From positions 1,216,001-1,280,000 of the forward strand of contig CAWIAD010000001.1 of NCBI GenBank assembly GCA_963833985.1: 64,000 nucleotides of DNA, written 5' to 3'. The stretch is from an uncultured Planctomycetaceae bacterium (GTDB lineage Bacteria; Planctomycetota; Planctomycetia; Isosphaerales; Isosphaeraceae). The position numbers and the translations under genes were made by a program. The notes beneath the pieces were generated by a model that saw nothing but the letters and a program-made list of their open reading frames with translations, was not told the origin of the DNA and did not search any database. Of this stretch, positions 10,520 through 21,950 are shown one piece after another (the stretch's first letter is position 1; every line of letters begins with the position of its first letter).

Positions 10520-13075
10520 ATGATGACGCAAGGTGCTGGCAGCACAGCCCGGCAGGAGATTGACTTGATCGACGCTCGAAACAAACATCGACGTGCGGGC
10601 AGCATCACGCCCGTGGTGGCCCTCAGCCTGGTGGCGCTCTGCGGCGCGGTCGCACTGGGAATCGACGTGGGCAGGGTCGCCGTGGCCAAGCTGGAATGCC
10701 AGAGCGCCGCGGATGTCGCGGCCATGGCCGGAGCCCGGTCGCTCAACGGAGTGATGCCTCAGAACCTGAGCCTGGCCACCTCCAACGCGCTGGCCGCGGC
10801 GCAGCAGTACGCGATCATGGGCCAGCCGGTCGGGGCGGCCGACGTCACAGTGCAGCATGGTACTTATCACTACGATTCTACGTCACAAGCATTCGTCCCC
10901 TCGATGACGCTGGCCGCCGGCGAGAACTACAACCTGACCCAGGCGACCGTGAACAAGTCATGCCCGACCACCTTTGCCCGGATCCTGGGATTCTCCGCGT
11001 TCAGCGTCAGCGCCAGCGCCACCGCCGCCCACCGGCCGCGAGACGTCGCCATCGTGCTCGACTACTCGGGCTCGATGAACAACGAAAGCGACCTCTGGAA
11101 TGACGAGAGCTACCTGGACAATGGCCAGGCCGCACCGAACAACACCAACCTGACCTCGAATAACCAGGAGTCGGTCTACCCCACGTTCGGCCACTATTCG
11201 AACCAGCAGAACTACTCGAACTACACCAGCTACGCCAACCTGCTCTGTCCCGTGGCCGCCGGGTCGAACCCGCTGTCGGGAAACCCGGTCGTGGGCAAGT
11301 GCAACATCACGATCTCGGCGCTCGGCGTTCCGCCACTGGTCAACGATTTCTGGAGCAACAACCGCGGCGCCACGGCGGGATCAGCCTTCACGGCCGCTGC
11401 CGACACGGCGCTCGACACGTACAACCGCGCCGGTGGAGATACCTACCTCTGGAAGCACAATACGACCTCCACGTTTGCGGCCACCCTGGCCGACGCGCTG
11501 GGAAGTACCACCAAGAATGCCTCCTTCGAGGCCAGCGGGTATCAGTCGATCCAGGGAACGTCCCTCCAGGGATATATCCAGGGGCCGCGGTACTGGGGAA
11601 AGACGTTCTTCGTCTGGCCGCCCGACCCTACCAACGACTGGCGGCAGAACTTCTTCGGCACGAACAACAACACCAAGCTCTGGAGCGGATCGGGCGCCTG
11701 GAACCAGCCCACCGGCAACTACACCATCAACTACAAGGCCATCCTGGCGTGGATCCGGAGCACCGGCCCGAACCCCTTCCCGAGCCAGCTCCGGTCGGGC
11801 AACATCCTCTACTATGACCAGATTCCCAGCGATGTTCCCGCCTCGGCCTACGTTCACACGAACCTGAACTCGGCCATCAGCGACCCGAATCAGCGGTTCT
11901 GGAAGGAATACATCGACTACATGGTGGGTGTCTGGCGCGATCCGTCCGGCGCGGTGCAAACTCCGGCCAACCCGTCAATGAGCTACGGCAACGACTACAC
12001 GTTCGGGACCGTCAAGGTCACCGCGCCGCCCACGGGCACTGGCGCCGCGTTCATGGCGTATGATGACAACCCCCAGCGGCCGCGGCATCGCTTCTGGTTC
12101 GGCCCCATGACGATGATCCAGTTCATGTCCGATACCGGCATCCTCCCCGGCACCGCCCACGACATCTCGATGTACCCCATGAAGGTCGGGATCGGCGAGG
12201 CCCTCCAGGACATCCAGAACAACCATCCCAACGACCTGGTGGCGATGATCCTCTTCAACCGCCCCCTCTACACGGGCGGGGCCAGCGGAACGGGCGCTTT
12301 CAACCTGGCGCAGTACAGCCTGACGAACAACATGCAGCCGATGATCAACTCGCTCTGGATCCCCCCCAACAGCGGCACGAACGACGTCCGTCCCTGGGAC
12401 GCCAACGGGGCGCAAACTCCCCGCGCGTTCGGCGACTGGACTGCGAACACGGCCTCCAGCTATGGGTTCATGCTGGCCTACAACCAGTTCAGCGCCAGCG
12501 GGACGCTCCAGGCGCTCGACCAGTCGACGGCGCCGGGCACCGGTGGCAACGGGCGCGTCGGCGCCGAACGGCTGCTCATTTACGAGACCGATGGGATGGC
12601 GAACCAGGGCTCGACGCCCGGCAGCTTCGGTTACGGCAGCTATTACAACTCGAATTACTCGATCCAGCCGGGGCAGTCGCTCTCCTCGGCCGGTTACAAC
12701 CAGACGGGCCTGCTTCAGGTCGTGCAGAATATTTGCAACGACAACAACGGCAACCGCGTGCCCGGGCCCGGCATCACGCCGTTTTCGCCCAACCTCGGTT
12801 ATCCCGGCTTCGGCGCGCAGGGCAAGCCGGTGACCATCCAGTGCATCGCGTTCGGCGGCATCTTCGAGACGCCCTCGTCCACGCTCACCAGCTCGGTGGG
12901 CCTGCTTCAGCAGATCTCGGCGATTGGCGGCACGGTGTTCCCAGCGACGGCCGCCGACCCGGCCAATGGCTACAAGTGGTGCATCGGCACCATGGCCCAG
13001 CGGCAGAGCCGGCTCACCTCGGCTTTTGAAACGATCATGAACCAGACGCCCGTGCCCATCACGCTGATTCGCTGA
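10520..13075 (+). CDS. TadG-like pilus tip/adhesin protein with vWA-type motif
   Basis: RRAGSI TM, IDVGR..CQSAADVAAMAGA, DVAIVLDYSGSM MIDAS-like motif, and an N/T/G-rich body. Confidence 0.88.
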   Translation: MMTQGAGSTARQEIDLIDARNKHRRAGSITPVVALSLVALCGAVALGIDVGRVAVAKLECQSAADVAAMAGARSLNGVMPQNLSLATSNALAAAQQYAIMGQPVGAADVTVQHGTYHYDSTSQAFVPSMTLAAGENYNLTQATVNKSCPTTFARILGFSAFSVSASATAAHRPRDVAIVLDYSGSMNNESDLWNDESYLDNGQAAPNNTNLTSNNQESVYPTFGHYSNQQNYSNYTSYANLLCPVAAGSNPLSGNPVVGKCNITISALGVPPLVNDFWSNNRGATAGSAFTAAADTALDTYNRAGGDTYLWKHNTTSTFAATLADALGSTTKNASFEASGYQSIQGTSLQGYIQGPRYWGKTFFVWPPDPTNDWRQNFFGTNNNTKLWSGSGAWNQPTGNYTINYKAILAWIRSTGPNPFPSQLRSGNILYYDQIPSDVPASAYVHTNLNSAISDPNQRFWKEYIDYMVGVWRDPSGAVQTPANPSMSYGNDYTFGTVKVTAPPTGTGAAFMAYDDNPQRPRHRFWFGPMTMIQFMSDTGILPGTAHDISMYPMKVGIGEALQDIQNNHPNDLVAMILFNRPLYTGGASGTGAFNLAQYSLTNNMQPMINSLWIPPNSGTNDVRPWDANGAQTPRAFGDWTANTASSYGFMLAYNQFSASGTLQALDQSTAPGTGGNGRVGAERLLIYETDGMANQGSTPGSFGYGSYYNSNYSIQPGQSLSSAGYNQTGLLQVVQNICNDNNGNRVPGPGITPFSPNLGYPGFGAQGKPVTIQCIAFGGIFETPSSTLTSSVGLLQQISAIGGTVFPATAADPANGYKWCIGTMAQRQSRLTSAFETIMNQTPVPITLIR

Positions 13076-13198
13076 CGCCGGAGGATGGGCGGGGACGCGG
13101 CCGTGCCGAAGGGCCGGCCATGTTGTTCCCGGTGGCCAGCGGCCTGGGGAGTTTGCTACGATTCAGGCTGACACGTTCTCCAGGAGAGCGACCAGCCG

Positions 13199-14070
13199 AT
13201 GCCTGTGGTTCTGAGCCTGGGACTCTTGCTCGCACCGATCCTGAGCCAGTCCGAGCTTCTGGTAGAGCATCTCGGGAACTTCGACACCCGGCGCATTCCC
13301 GAGGCCTCCGGCGTGGCCGCGAGCCGGCGTTATCCGGGCATCTTCTGGGTGCACAACGACTCGGGCAACCCGTCCTCCATCTTCGCGATCCGCAAGGACG
13401 GATCGATCGTCCGGGAATTCCCCGTGGCGCTGGCGAATGTCGACTGGGAGGACATCGCGGCCGATGACCAGGGCCACCTGTACCTGGGAGACATTGGCAA
13501 CAACGGCGGGCTGCTGGCCCTCCGGGCCATCTACCGGCTCGATGAGCCGGACCCGGCGGGGCCGGCCAGGGAGCCCCTACGGCCGACCGGTTCGTGGTTC
13601 TATGCGCTGCCGAGAGAAGGCGCTTCGACGCCGAGGGGCTGTTCCTGGACGCCAGGACACACTCCGCGGTTGTCGTCTCCAAGCGGTTCGACGGCCGCGA
13701 CGCCGAGCTCTTCAGCATTCCGCTCCAGCCACCGGCGCCGCTGCTGAGGCCGGCCTTGCCCCGGCAAGTCGGCCGGCTGCCGGGATTCGTCGAACCGGCC
13801 ACGGGCGCCAGCCTGTCGAACGACGGGCGGCTGCTGGCGGTCTGCGCCGCGACGGTGACCAGGATCTACCAGCGGGACGCGCTGGGCGGATGGGCTCCGC
13901 TTGCCTCGGTGCGCTATGATTCCCTGCCGGTGGAAGGGGTCGCCTGGGATGGGATGGACCTGATCCTGGTGAGCGAGGGCCGCGGCGTGGACCGCATGAC
14001 TCAGGCGGCCTGGAAGCGGCACACCACCACGCCGGCGCCGCGGCGATCCGCCCCTGGCGATTCGCGCTGA
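13199..14070 (+). CDS. Secreted propeller-like hypothetical protein (one frameshift near 13620)
   Basis: EASGVAAS..WVHNDSG..DWEDIA..GDIGNN in one frame continues as RFDAEGLF in another frame. Confidence 0.75.
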
Positions 14071-14104
14071 GCCGCTTGCGGTCTGGAATTTGAGGTGCGT
14101 ACGA

Positions 14105-15250
14105 ATGACCGGGACGCCAGATGTCGCGATCGTGGGCGGTGGAGTGATCGGATTGTCGATCGCCTGGGCCCTGGCGCGAGGGAATCACCAGCGCCGTACT
14201 GGATCGCCGCGAGCTGGGCCGCGAGGCGTCGTGGGCCGGCGCGGGTCTGATCGCTCCACTGAGCGAGCCGCAAGCGGGAGCGCTGCACCCCATGGTCGAG
14301 GCTCAGGTCCTGGAGCGCCGAGCTCTTCCCTCGCTGGTCCGCCGCACTGCGGGAAGAGACCGGCATCGATAACGGCTATCGGCGCTGCGGGGGAGTTGAT
14401 GTTGCCGGGACGGCCGGCGAGGAGCAAGAGCTGCTCTCCAGCGCCGGCCGCTGGAAGGTGGAGGGAATCGTCCATGAGAAGCTGGCTGCCGCCGACCTGC
14501 GCAAGGTCGAGCCGGCGTTGAACCCGGAACTGCGGGCGGTCTATTTCCTGCCCGACCGCGCCCAGGTGCGGAACCCCCGGCACATGCGGGCGCTGGCCGC
14601 CTCGGCGGCGCAGCGCGGCGTGCGGCTGCTTCCCTGGCACGCCGTCGATGGCTTCCAGACGCGCGGCGACCGGGTCAGCGCGGTTCGCACGAGTGCGGGA
14701 GAGATCGCTTGCGACTGGGTGATCCTGGCGGCCGGTCCGTGGTCCGAGCGGCTGCTCGGGACGCTGGGCGTGCACGCGCCCACGCCTCCCGTCAAGGGTC
14801 AGATCGTGCTCTTGCGGGAGGATCGGCCGCTCCTCTCGCGGATCGTCGAGCATGGCAAGAACTACCTCGTCCCACGCGGCGACGGGCGGGTGCTGGTCGG
14901 TGCAACCGAAGAGCAGGCCGGCTTTGACACGCGCAGCACTGCCAGCGCCGTGCGCGGCCTGCTCGATGAAGCCATCTTCCTGTGCCCTGCGCTCGGCGAG
15001 GCCGGGCTCGAGGCCGCATGGGCCGGCCTGCGGCCGGGGAGCATTGACACGCGGCCATACATCGGCCAGGTGCCGGGCTATGCCAACCTGGTCGTGGCCA
15101 CGGGACACAGGCGCGCGGGCTTGCAGCTCTCGCCCGCGACGGCCGAGCTGGTTGCGGACCTGGTTCTTGGCCTGCGCACCGCGCATCGACCTGGCCCACT
15201 TCCGGATCGATCGCACGCCCGATCTCGCGGCCGGGACCATCCGGTCATGA
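14105..15250 (+). CDS. thiO: Glycine oxidase ThiO-like FAD-dependent oxidoreductase (frameshifts near 14178 and 15175)
   Basis: DVAIVGGGVIG, EASWAGAG, PVKGQI, WAGLRP, ATGHRRAGLQLSP. Confidence 0.8.
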
Positions 15251-15931
15251 GCTGGCGTGATTGGACCCTTGCAGCGTTTGCACCAGCACCTTGGCCGCGG
15301 CCGCCAGACCCAGGGCGACGCTCCGCCCGCCCAGCTGACAGACCACCGCTGCGGCTTCCGGGCGGTTTTCCTGGACCAGTCCAGCGGCATGCAAGGCGAG
15401 CCCGCTTTCCGAGAGGTAGCGCAGGAACGCCGGGTCCTGGTCGATCACGCGGATGACGCGGAAGTGCTGGCCGCCCGGACATTGCGAGAGCGGCAGGCCC
15501 TCGGGCTCGGTGAGCGATCCATCGGCCCGGGGGATGGGGTCACCGTGCGGGTCCACCGCGGGAAAGCCGAGGTAAGCCTCGATCCGGTCGATGAGCCGCT
15601 CGGAGGCCGCGTGCTCCATGTTCTCGGCCTCTTCGTGGACCTCGTCCCAGGACATCTGGAGGGTCCGAACCAGGAACAGCTCCAGCAGGCGATGGCGGCG
15701 AATCACCTTCAGGGCAAGCCGCTGGCCTGAAGTCGTGAGCCGTGCACCTTCATACGGCGTGTAGGTCGCCAGGCTGGCCTCTGAGAGCGTCTTGAGCATT
15801 CCCGTCACGGTGCCTGGAGAGACCCGCAGCGCCTGAGCGAGCTCACCGGTGCTCACCGGCCCGCCGCCCGGCTTGCGGGCGGTGATGAGGGCGATCGTCT
15901 TCACGTAGTTCTCGACGGTCAGGCTGGGCAC
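15245..15931 (-). CDS. DtxR/MntR-family metal-dependent transcriptional regulator
   Basis: TVENYVKTI, RRHRLLELFL, VHEEAENMEH, DPHGDPIP, and a FeoA-like C-terminus. Confidence 0.93.
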   Translation of the reverse strand: MPSLTVENYVKTIALITARKPGGGPVSTGELAQALRVSPGTVTGMLKTLSEASLATYTPYEGARLTTSGQRLALKVIRRHRLLELFLVRTLQMSWDEVHEEAENMEHAASERLIDRIEAYLGFPAVDPHGDPIPRADGSLTEPEGLPLSQCPGGQHFRVIRVIDQDPAFLRYLSESGLALHAAGLVQENRPEAAAVVCQLGGRSVALGLAAAAKVLVQTLQGSNHASS

Positions 15932-15998
15932 GGCTGTCTCTCGAGCGGGCCGAAATGGACGCGAGCGATCGCTGTCGAGACGCATTATCCCGAAAATG

Positions 15999-17269
15999 TC
16001 ATTCGCTCACCAGCGGAGGAACCGGGTCGCCGACTCGCAGCCAGGCCGCCTTCAGGTAGGCGCCTTCGGGGGCGTCCAGCGCGACGGGATGGTCGGCCGA
16101 GGCACCAGTCATCGCCAGCAACTGCACGCTCCGGCTCGCCTTGCGGGCCGCGGCCCTGAGCAGTGCCTGGAAGTCCGGCGCGGGGAGCAGGCCCGAGCAC
16201 GAGCAGGTCAGCAGCAGCCCGCCCGGCTCCACAAGGTTCATGCCCAGGACGTTCAGGTCAAAATACTTGCGCTTCCCCGCCGAGACGTCGTCGCGGTCGG
16301 CAATGAGCTTGGGCGGGTCCAGCACCACCACGCCGAACCTGCGCTCGTTGACGGCCATCTGCCGCATGTAGCCGAAGGCGTCCGCGTGCACGGCGTTCAG
16401 CCGCACATTGTTGGCGTTGCCGTTCTCGCGGGCCAGGGCCACGGCCTTCTCGTCGAGGTCCACGCAGATGACCTCGCGCGCCTGGCCCCGGATCAGGGCG
16501 TTGAGGCCGAAGCCTCCGGTGTAGCAACAGGCATCGAGCACCGCCTCTCCGGCGCAGTAGCGCGCGAGTTCCCTGCGGTTGTCGCGCTGGTCGCAGAAGA
16601 AACCCGTCTTGTGGCCCTCTTCCAGGTGGATCCGATAGCGGATGCCATGCTCTTCGATGGTGATCCGGGGGGGCAGCCTGGGGCTGGCGACGGTCCTGCC
16701 CGGAAAGTCTTCCTGAAGCGCGACCCGCTCGTCCACGCGAACGCGAAAATGCCGGGTGTCCAGCAGCTCCGCGCAGATGCCGGCAATCGGCCCGATCCGC
16801 TGGTACATGCCCAGGCTGAAGATCTCGAAGGAGAGCACATCGTCGTAGCGGTCGGCAATCAGGCCGGAGAGTCCGTCTCCCTCGGCGTGCAGCACGCGGT
16901 AGGCACTGGTCTGCTCGTCGAGCCTCAGCGCCTTTCGCCGCAGCTCCACGGCCTGGCTGATCTTCTGCTTCCAGAAGGCAAGGCCGGGAGGAGCCTCCTC
17001 CCGCGACAGCAGCCGCAGGCTGATCTGGGACCGCGGGTTCCAGAGGCCGTATCCCAGGTGCCGGCCGTCCCGGTCGACGGCGTGTACCAGGTCGCCCGGG
17101 TTCGGGACTGTCGCGCCCACCGGCCCGATGATCATCTTACGGAAAACAAAGGGATGCGCACCGCCGCGCGAATCGCCACGGTGGGCAGAGCGGTCCCCGG
17201 TTCCAGCTCGCGATCGGGAATCGGCGGTGGAGCGTCTTGCGAAGGAGCGGATGGGCGGACTCGTGGCAT
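15999..17269 (-). CDS. rlmI: RlmI/RlmK-family class I SAM-dependent rRNA methyltransferase (probable frameshift near 17163)
   Basis: HAEGDGLSGLIADRY, GHKTGFFCDQRDNR, VLDPPK, TCSCS, YLKA. Confidence 0.88.
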
Positions 17270-17328
17270 TGCGGAATCCCGGCGGCTGGATCAATGAGCA
17301 GGACTTTCAGAGCGCGGCGTGCAGGAGA

Positions 17329-17709
17329 TCACTCATCGTGATCGTCTCCCTCGTCGGCCATGTCGTCATGGCCCTCCGCGTCGTCCGGGCCGGCATCGCC
17401 CTTCCGGAGCAGACGGCGAAGCCGGACCAGAAGCGCGGTGGCGTAGCGCTGCACCGACAGTTGCTGGGTGAGTACCTCATCGTCGACGGCACTCCGAGGA
17501 ATGGCGGCCATCAGCCGGTGCGCCTGCGCCAGGCTTTCCCAGCCCGCGTCCAGGACGGCCGCGACCATCGATGAATCATTCCTGGCGTGCTTCATGAGCT
17601 GCCGGACCTTCTTCAATCCCGCGCGTGCCGTACGAAGTTGCCGCAGCGCCGCCGCCGAGCTCATCTCTGCCATGAACCCCTCGCTTGGACCAGACATCCC
17701 GTGGGCCAT
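17329..17709 (-). CDS. Hypothetical helical protein
   Basis: 126-aa ORF with an acidic tail and GC3 bias. Confidence 0.6.
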   Translation of the reverse strand: MAHGMSGPSEGFMAEMSSAAALRQLRTARAGLKKVRQLMKHARNDSSMVAAVLDAGWESLAQAHRLMAAIPRSAVDDEVLTQQLSVQRYATALLVRLRRLLRKGDAGPDDAEGHDDMADEGDDHDE

Positions 17710-17798
17710 TTTTCATTTCCCTTTGCGGGGTCATCCGCTATAGATATAGACTAAGATGGGGAAGGCAGCCCGCACAACGGCTTGCAGGAGCGTGTTCC

Positions 17799-18137
17799 AT
17801 GTCGGGTGAGTACGAGGCGATCAGCACCGTTGTCGAGCCCGAGGTCTCCGAGGAGACGAAAACCCGCCGCATACCGCCGTATCACGTGGTTGTCCTCAAC
17901 GACGAGGACCATACTTTTGAATACGTGATCGAGATGCTCATCAAACTCTTCGCACACAGTATCACCCGCGCCAAGGAATTGACATGGGAAGTCCATTCTC
18001 GAGGCCGGGCGATCGTCTACACGACGCACAAGGAGAAGGCTGAGCTGAAGTGCGAACAGGTCCTGTCGTACGGCCCGGACCCCCGCCTGAGCCGCTCCAA
18101 GGCCTCACTGCGCTGCTACATCGAGCCGGCCGTTTAG
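17799..18137 (+). CDS. clpS: ATP-dependent Clp protease adaptor ClpS
   Basis: PPYHVVVLNDEDHTFEYVI..EVHSRGRAIV..IEP. Confidence 0.92.
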   Translation: MSGEYEAISTVVEPEVSEETKTRRIPPYHVVVLNDEDHTFEYVIEMLIKLFAHSITRAKELTWEVHSRGRAIVYTTHKEKAELKCEQVLSYGPDPRLSRSKASLRCYIEPAV

Positions 18138-18221
18138 GGCGGTTTTCTGACGGGTTGCAGGCCGTTTCTGAGTTTTGGAAAGGGGGGCAGACATTCCTGT
18201 CTGCCAGGGCAGGCCTGCTCC
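18135..18221 (+). mobile_element. Truncated copy A of a 145-bp MITE family
   Basis: TAGGGCGGTTTTCTGACG...GGGGGGCAGACATTCCTGTCTGCCAGGGCAGG matches the copies at 21805, 49404 and 52844. Confidence 0.8.
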
Positions 18222-18280
18222 AGTTGAACCCCGCCCTGCGAACGAGCAAGGGCTGCCAGATTGGTGGATGGTGACGCGTG

Positions 18281-19162
18281 TCAGCCGTCGGCTTCCTGGC
18301 GACTGGCCTGGATCGCGGCCTCCAGGCCAGTGCTGATGTCAGGGAAATGCAGCGCGACTCCCAACCCCAATCGCAGGCGAGCGTTCGAGATCCGCCGGTT
18401 CGCGAAATCGGCGCTCTGCTCCCTGCCGGCGGCGCCTGCCGGCTCATAGCGCGGTGGGCGGGCTCCCAGCAGACGGGCGGCCAGGGTGTAGTATTCGCTG
18501 CGCGGAACGGGACGGTCGTCGCTCACAAGATAAAGCGGCTCGGGATGAGCGGCGTCGAGGGCGGCGACCGCAGCACGGGCCGCGTCATCGATATGAACCA
18601 GGTTGAGGTAGCACGCGGGGTCGACCGGGATCGGCTCGCCGCGCTCCAGCAGTGCCCGCCGGATGACGCGGCCCGGCCCGTACAGCCCTGCGAATCGGAG
18701 CACGACGAGTGCGCCTTGCCGCGTCCCGAAATGTTGCCGGGCCACCGCCTCGGCGAGGAGGCAAACGCGGCCTGCGTCGTGAAGCGGCTCGGCGGGAGAA
18801 TCCTCGGTGACCCATGACCCGTCGGACTGACCGTACACACTGGTGCTGCTGGCGTACACGAAACGATGGACCGCCGCGGGCAGTCTCTCGAGCACGTTCT
18901 TCAATCCCTGGACGTGAACCGTGCGCCGGTCGGCTCGGCTGGTGCGGTCGTATCCCACGCAATAGAGCATGTGTTGTGCTTCCGGAAAATCGAGCGTTTC
19001 CGGATTCAGGACATCCGCGACGATCGGCTCAATTCCCAGCCGGTCCAGTTCGGCGGCGCGGGGCCGCGAACGCACGGTTCCCAGCACCTGCTCCCCGCGC
19101 CGGACCAGCTCGATTCCCATCCGGGTGCCCAGGTATCCGCAGCCCACGATGAGCGTGCTCAC
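18281..19162 (-). CDS. NAD-dependent epimerase/SDR (YeeZ-like)
   Basis: LIVGCGYLG, YASSTSVYG, LRFAGLYGPGR, NLVHIDDAA. Confidence 0.9.
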   Translation of the reverse strand: MSTLIVGCGYLGTRMGIELVRRGEQVLGTVRSRPRAAELDRLGIEPIVADVLNPETLDFPEAQHMLYCVGYDRTSRADRRTVHVQGLKNVLERLPAAVHRFVYASSTSVYGQSDGSWVTEDSPAEPLHDAGRVCLLAEAVARQHFGTRQGALVVLRFAGLYGPGRVIRRALLERGEPIPVDPACYLNLVHIDDAARAAVAALDAAHPEPLYLVSDDRPVPRSEYYTLAARLLGARPPRYEPAGAAGREQSADFANRRISNARLRLGLGVALHFPDISTGLEAAIQASRQEADG

Positions 19163-19650
19163 GTCTTGTTTTCCTCGTCATCCGCGAGCGGCTTGTAGTC
19201 CCCCGCGCCTTCCGGGCAACCCGCGTCGAGGTAACCTTGAAGCAGGATCTGCGCGGCCAGCTTGTCGCGCAGGGCTTTCCGTTTCTGCCTCTTGAGCCCG
19301 GACTCGATCATGAGGTTGTCGGCCTCGATGCTGGTGTAGCGTTCATCGACATAGGCGACCGGCAACCCGGTGACCGAGGCCAGCCAGGCACCCCAGCGCC
19401 TCGCCAGGAGGGCCAGTTCTCCCTCACGACCGCTGGTGTGCACGGGCAGGCCGACCACGATGGTTGCGATGTCGTGCTCCCGCACCAGCGCACGGTAGTG
19501 CCGAGCGTCGAGCTCATCGTTCCTCCGCTCGTAGACCTCCAGCGGCGAAGCGAATTCACGAAGCGGGTCGCTGATGGCCCCGCCCACGCGCCGCAGGCCG
19601 AAGTCGAGTGCCAGGATTCGATTCATGCGTGGCTGTTCCTCGCGGGACAT
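19159..19650 (-). CDS. ruvX: Holliday junction resolvase-like RuvX/YqgF
   Basis: ILALDFGLRRVG, VVGLP, DERYTS, DKLAAQILLQGYLD. Confidence 0.93.
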   Translation of the reverse strand: MSREEQPRMNRILALDFGLRRVGGAISDPLREFASPLEVYERRNDELDARHYRALVREHDIATIVVGLPVHTSGREGELALLARRWGAWLASVTGLPVAYVDERYTSIEADNLMIESGLKRQKRKALRDKLAAQILLQGYLDAGCPEGAGDYKPLADDEENKT

Positions 19651-19936
19651 TTGAGGTTTCCGAGCCGGGCAAATTCCATTGTGCCCGCTCTCACGTTGCG
19701 AAAAAGGCCGCAGCGCGTGTTGTTAAGAATGAACGGACCTGGAAAAGCCACAAGCTTTAAACTAGCCTCAGACACGGCACGACATTGATCGCCAGGGCGA
19801 GCGCACGGGGCAGCGTTCGAGTATGGGGATGAACCCAGCCTGGCAATATGGTCGACGCGTTACCATCCCTGAAGCGAAGCTGTCCTGGCCAGGCCTGGCC
19901 GCGATCGGCAAACCTGGCGTATCCCGGAGGTTGTTG

Positions 19937-20645
19937 ATGATTGATCTCGTCTTGTTGAAGCAGTGGAGAATGTGCGCTGGCGTGGCTGCACTGCTGGTTC
20001 TGGTCCTGTTTTGCTGTCCTGATGTGTCCCACGCGGGCACGGTTGTCCTGGATTTTTCGGGCCAGACCGATGCGGCCGTCACGGTGGGCGGGAATTCCAT
20101 TCCCAGCGGGAGCGTGTTCCAGGGGCAACTGAGCTACGATGCACCGCAGACCGCAGCAGTGACCTCTTTTTACGGGGGAACCCAGTCCGTCTTCTCCTTC
20201 AACTCGCTCACCTGGACCATTGGCGGGCAGACGGTCAGTGAGGGACCTGGCCAGCTCGGGTTGTACAACAACGTCACGCCGCCCAACGGCGTGCCTGTCG
20301 GCGATTCATTCTATACCTTCGTGCCGGGAATCTCGAATAACGCCCCGAATCCTTCCACCGGCAGCATTGACGGTGTCGCTCCGAACTACATTTATCTTGG
20401 CTTCGTGAGACTCGACGGGCACCGCGTTCAGCGGGCCCGATCTGCCGCTGAACTTGAACCTGGCGGAATTCACGCAGGCTTTCATCGGGGTCAACTACGG
20501 GCCGTTCGGCGCCGGCAACATCGACCGCATCTTCATGCTTTCCTCACTGGGTACGGCCGCCGTTCCCGAGCCCAGCTCGGTTCTCTTGCTCCTGGCCGGA
20601 ACGTGTGTGTCGGGTACGCTGCTGGCCAGACGCAAACGGCGTTGA
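19937..20645 (+). CDS. PEP-CTERM sorting-domain protein (frameshift near 20407)
   Basis: Signal peptide, S/T/G-rich body, and C-terminal VPEPSS + TM + RRKRR. Confidence 0.82.
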
Positions 20646-20943
20646 GCCAGGCCGCCCTTGAACTTGCGTGCTGCGGCGCCAGACCGCCGGGCGGCTGCCG
20701 CAGCACCCTGGGGCCCCCTTTCACAGGCATTCCCGGGCCGCGCCGGGCGGCTGCCGCGCCCGGGCACACGGGGCGGACTGGCGCGGCCGGGTTTTTCGTG
20801 CGGTTCGCCCCGCGGGCGTGTAGACTCGGTTCCCGCACCGTGCGGAAACGGGTTTCGAGACAATGTGGCGATCGCGGGGAAGCGAAGCCGGGGGCTGAGG
20901 TGGTCCCGTCCCGTTCCGGACCGGATCGGAGCGAGGGCCTCTC

Positions 20944-21795
20944 ATGAAACGACTACGGATCATCCACGCCACCAAGTACTGCTACCACGAGCCGGTCCGG
21001 CTCGGTCCCCATCGCGCGATGGTGCGGCCGCGCGAGGGCTACGACCTGCATATCACCGGCTCGCGACTGGAGATCCAGCCCCAGGCGGAGGTGCGCTGGG
21101 TGCGGGATATTTACGGCAACTCGATCGCGATCATCACGTTTGCCGGGACGGCTTCCTGGTTGAGCTTGCACAGCGAGGTCGACGTCGACCTCTACGATGA
21201 GATTCCCATCGATTGCCTGATCGACCCGGCGGCCCTTTCCTATCCGTTCCAGTACAGCGCCGACGAGCAAGTGGAGATCATCCCTTACCGGGTTCCCAGC
21301 TATCCTCACGACGGCCCATCCGTGCAGGAATGGCTGCTGGATCTGTATCGGCCTGGACAGCTCGTGGGCACCTCGGAGCTGCTGAACCGGTTGAACAGCC
21401 GGATCCATGACTCCTTCCGGTACAACGTCCGGTACGATCCGGGTGTGCAGCTACCCTGCCAGACCCTGGCGCTGGGCAGTGGTTCGTGTCGCGACTATGC
21501 CGTGTTCATGATGGAGGCCGCCCGGCACTGGGGGTTCGCGGCGCGCTTCGTCACCGGCTACATCCAGATGGCCGAGGGCCAGCACGGTGCCACGCACGCC
21601 TGGACCGAGATCTACCTCCCCGGCGCGGGGTGGCGCGGGTTCGACCCCACGAACAGCAAGCTCGCCGGATCCGAGCACGTCTCCGTCGCGGTCGCACGTG
21701 AGCAGGACAAGGCCATACCCATTTCCGGGTCGTGGGAGGGTCCACCCAACGCCTGGGACCGGATGGAGGTGTCGGTGCAGGTCGTGGCGCTGTGA
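20944..21795 (+). CDS. Transglutaminase-family protein with bacterial N-terminal domain
   Basis: GSCRDYA, ARFVTGY, HAWTEIYLPGAGWRGFDPTN. Confidence 0.93.
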   Translation: MKRLRIIHATKYCYHEPVRLGPHRAMVRPREGYDLHITGSRLEIQPQAEVRWVRDIYGNSIAIITFAGTASWLSLHSEVDVDLYDEIPIDCLIDPAALSYPFQYSADEQVEIIPYRVPSYPHDGPSVQEWLLDLYRPGQLVGTSELLNRLNSRIHDSFRYNVRYDPGVQLPCQTLALGSGSCRDYAVFMMEAARHWGFAARFVTGYIQMAEGQHGATHAWTEIYLPGAGWRGFDPTNSKLAGSEHVSVAVAREQDKAIPISGSWEGPPNAWDRMEVSVQVVAL

Positions 21796-21804
21796 TGATC
21801 CAGC

Positions 21805-21950
21805 CAGAGCGGTTTTCACTCGGATCGCAGACTGAGACCGGGGGGCAGACATTCCTGCCTGCCCGAGCAGGCTTGCCCTGGCAGACAGGAATGTCTGCCC
21901 CCCTTTGAATGAATCAGAAACCGCCTGCAATGCGTCAGAAAACCGCGCTA
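21805..21950 (-). mobile_element. Copy B of the 145-bp MITE with an internal REP-like palindrome pair
   Basis: Terminal IRs CAGAGCGGTTTTC / GAAAACCGCGCTA; inner GGGGGGCAGACATTCCTGCCTGCC...GGCAGACAGGAATGTCTGCCCCCC. Confidence 0.85.
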
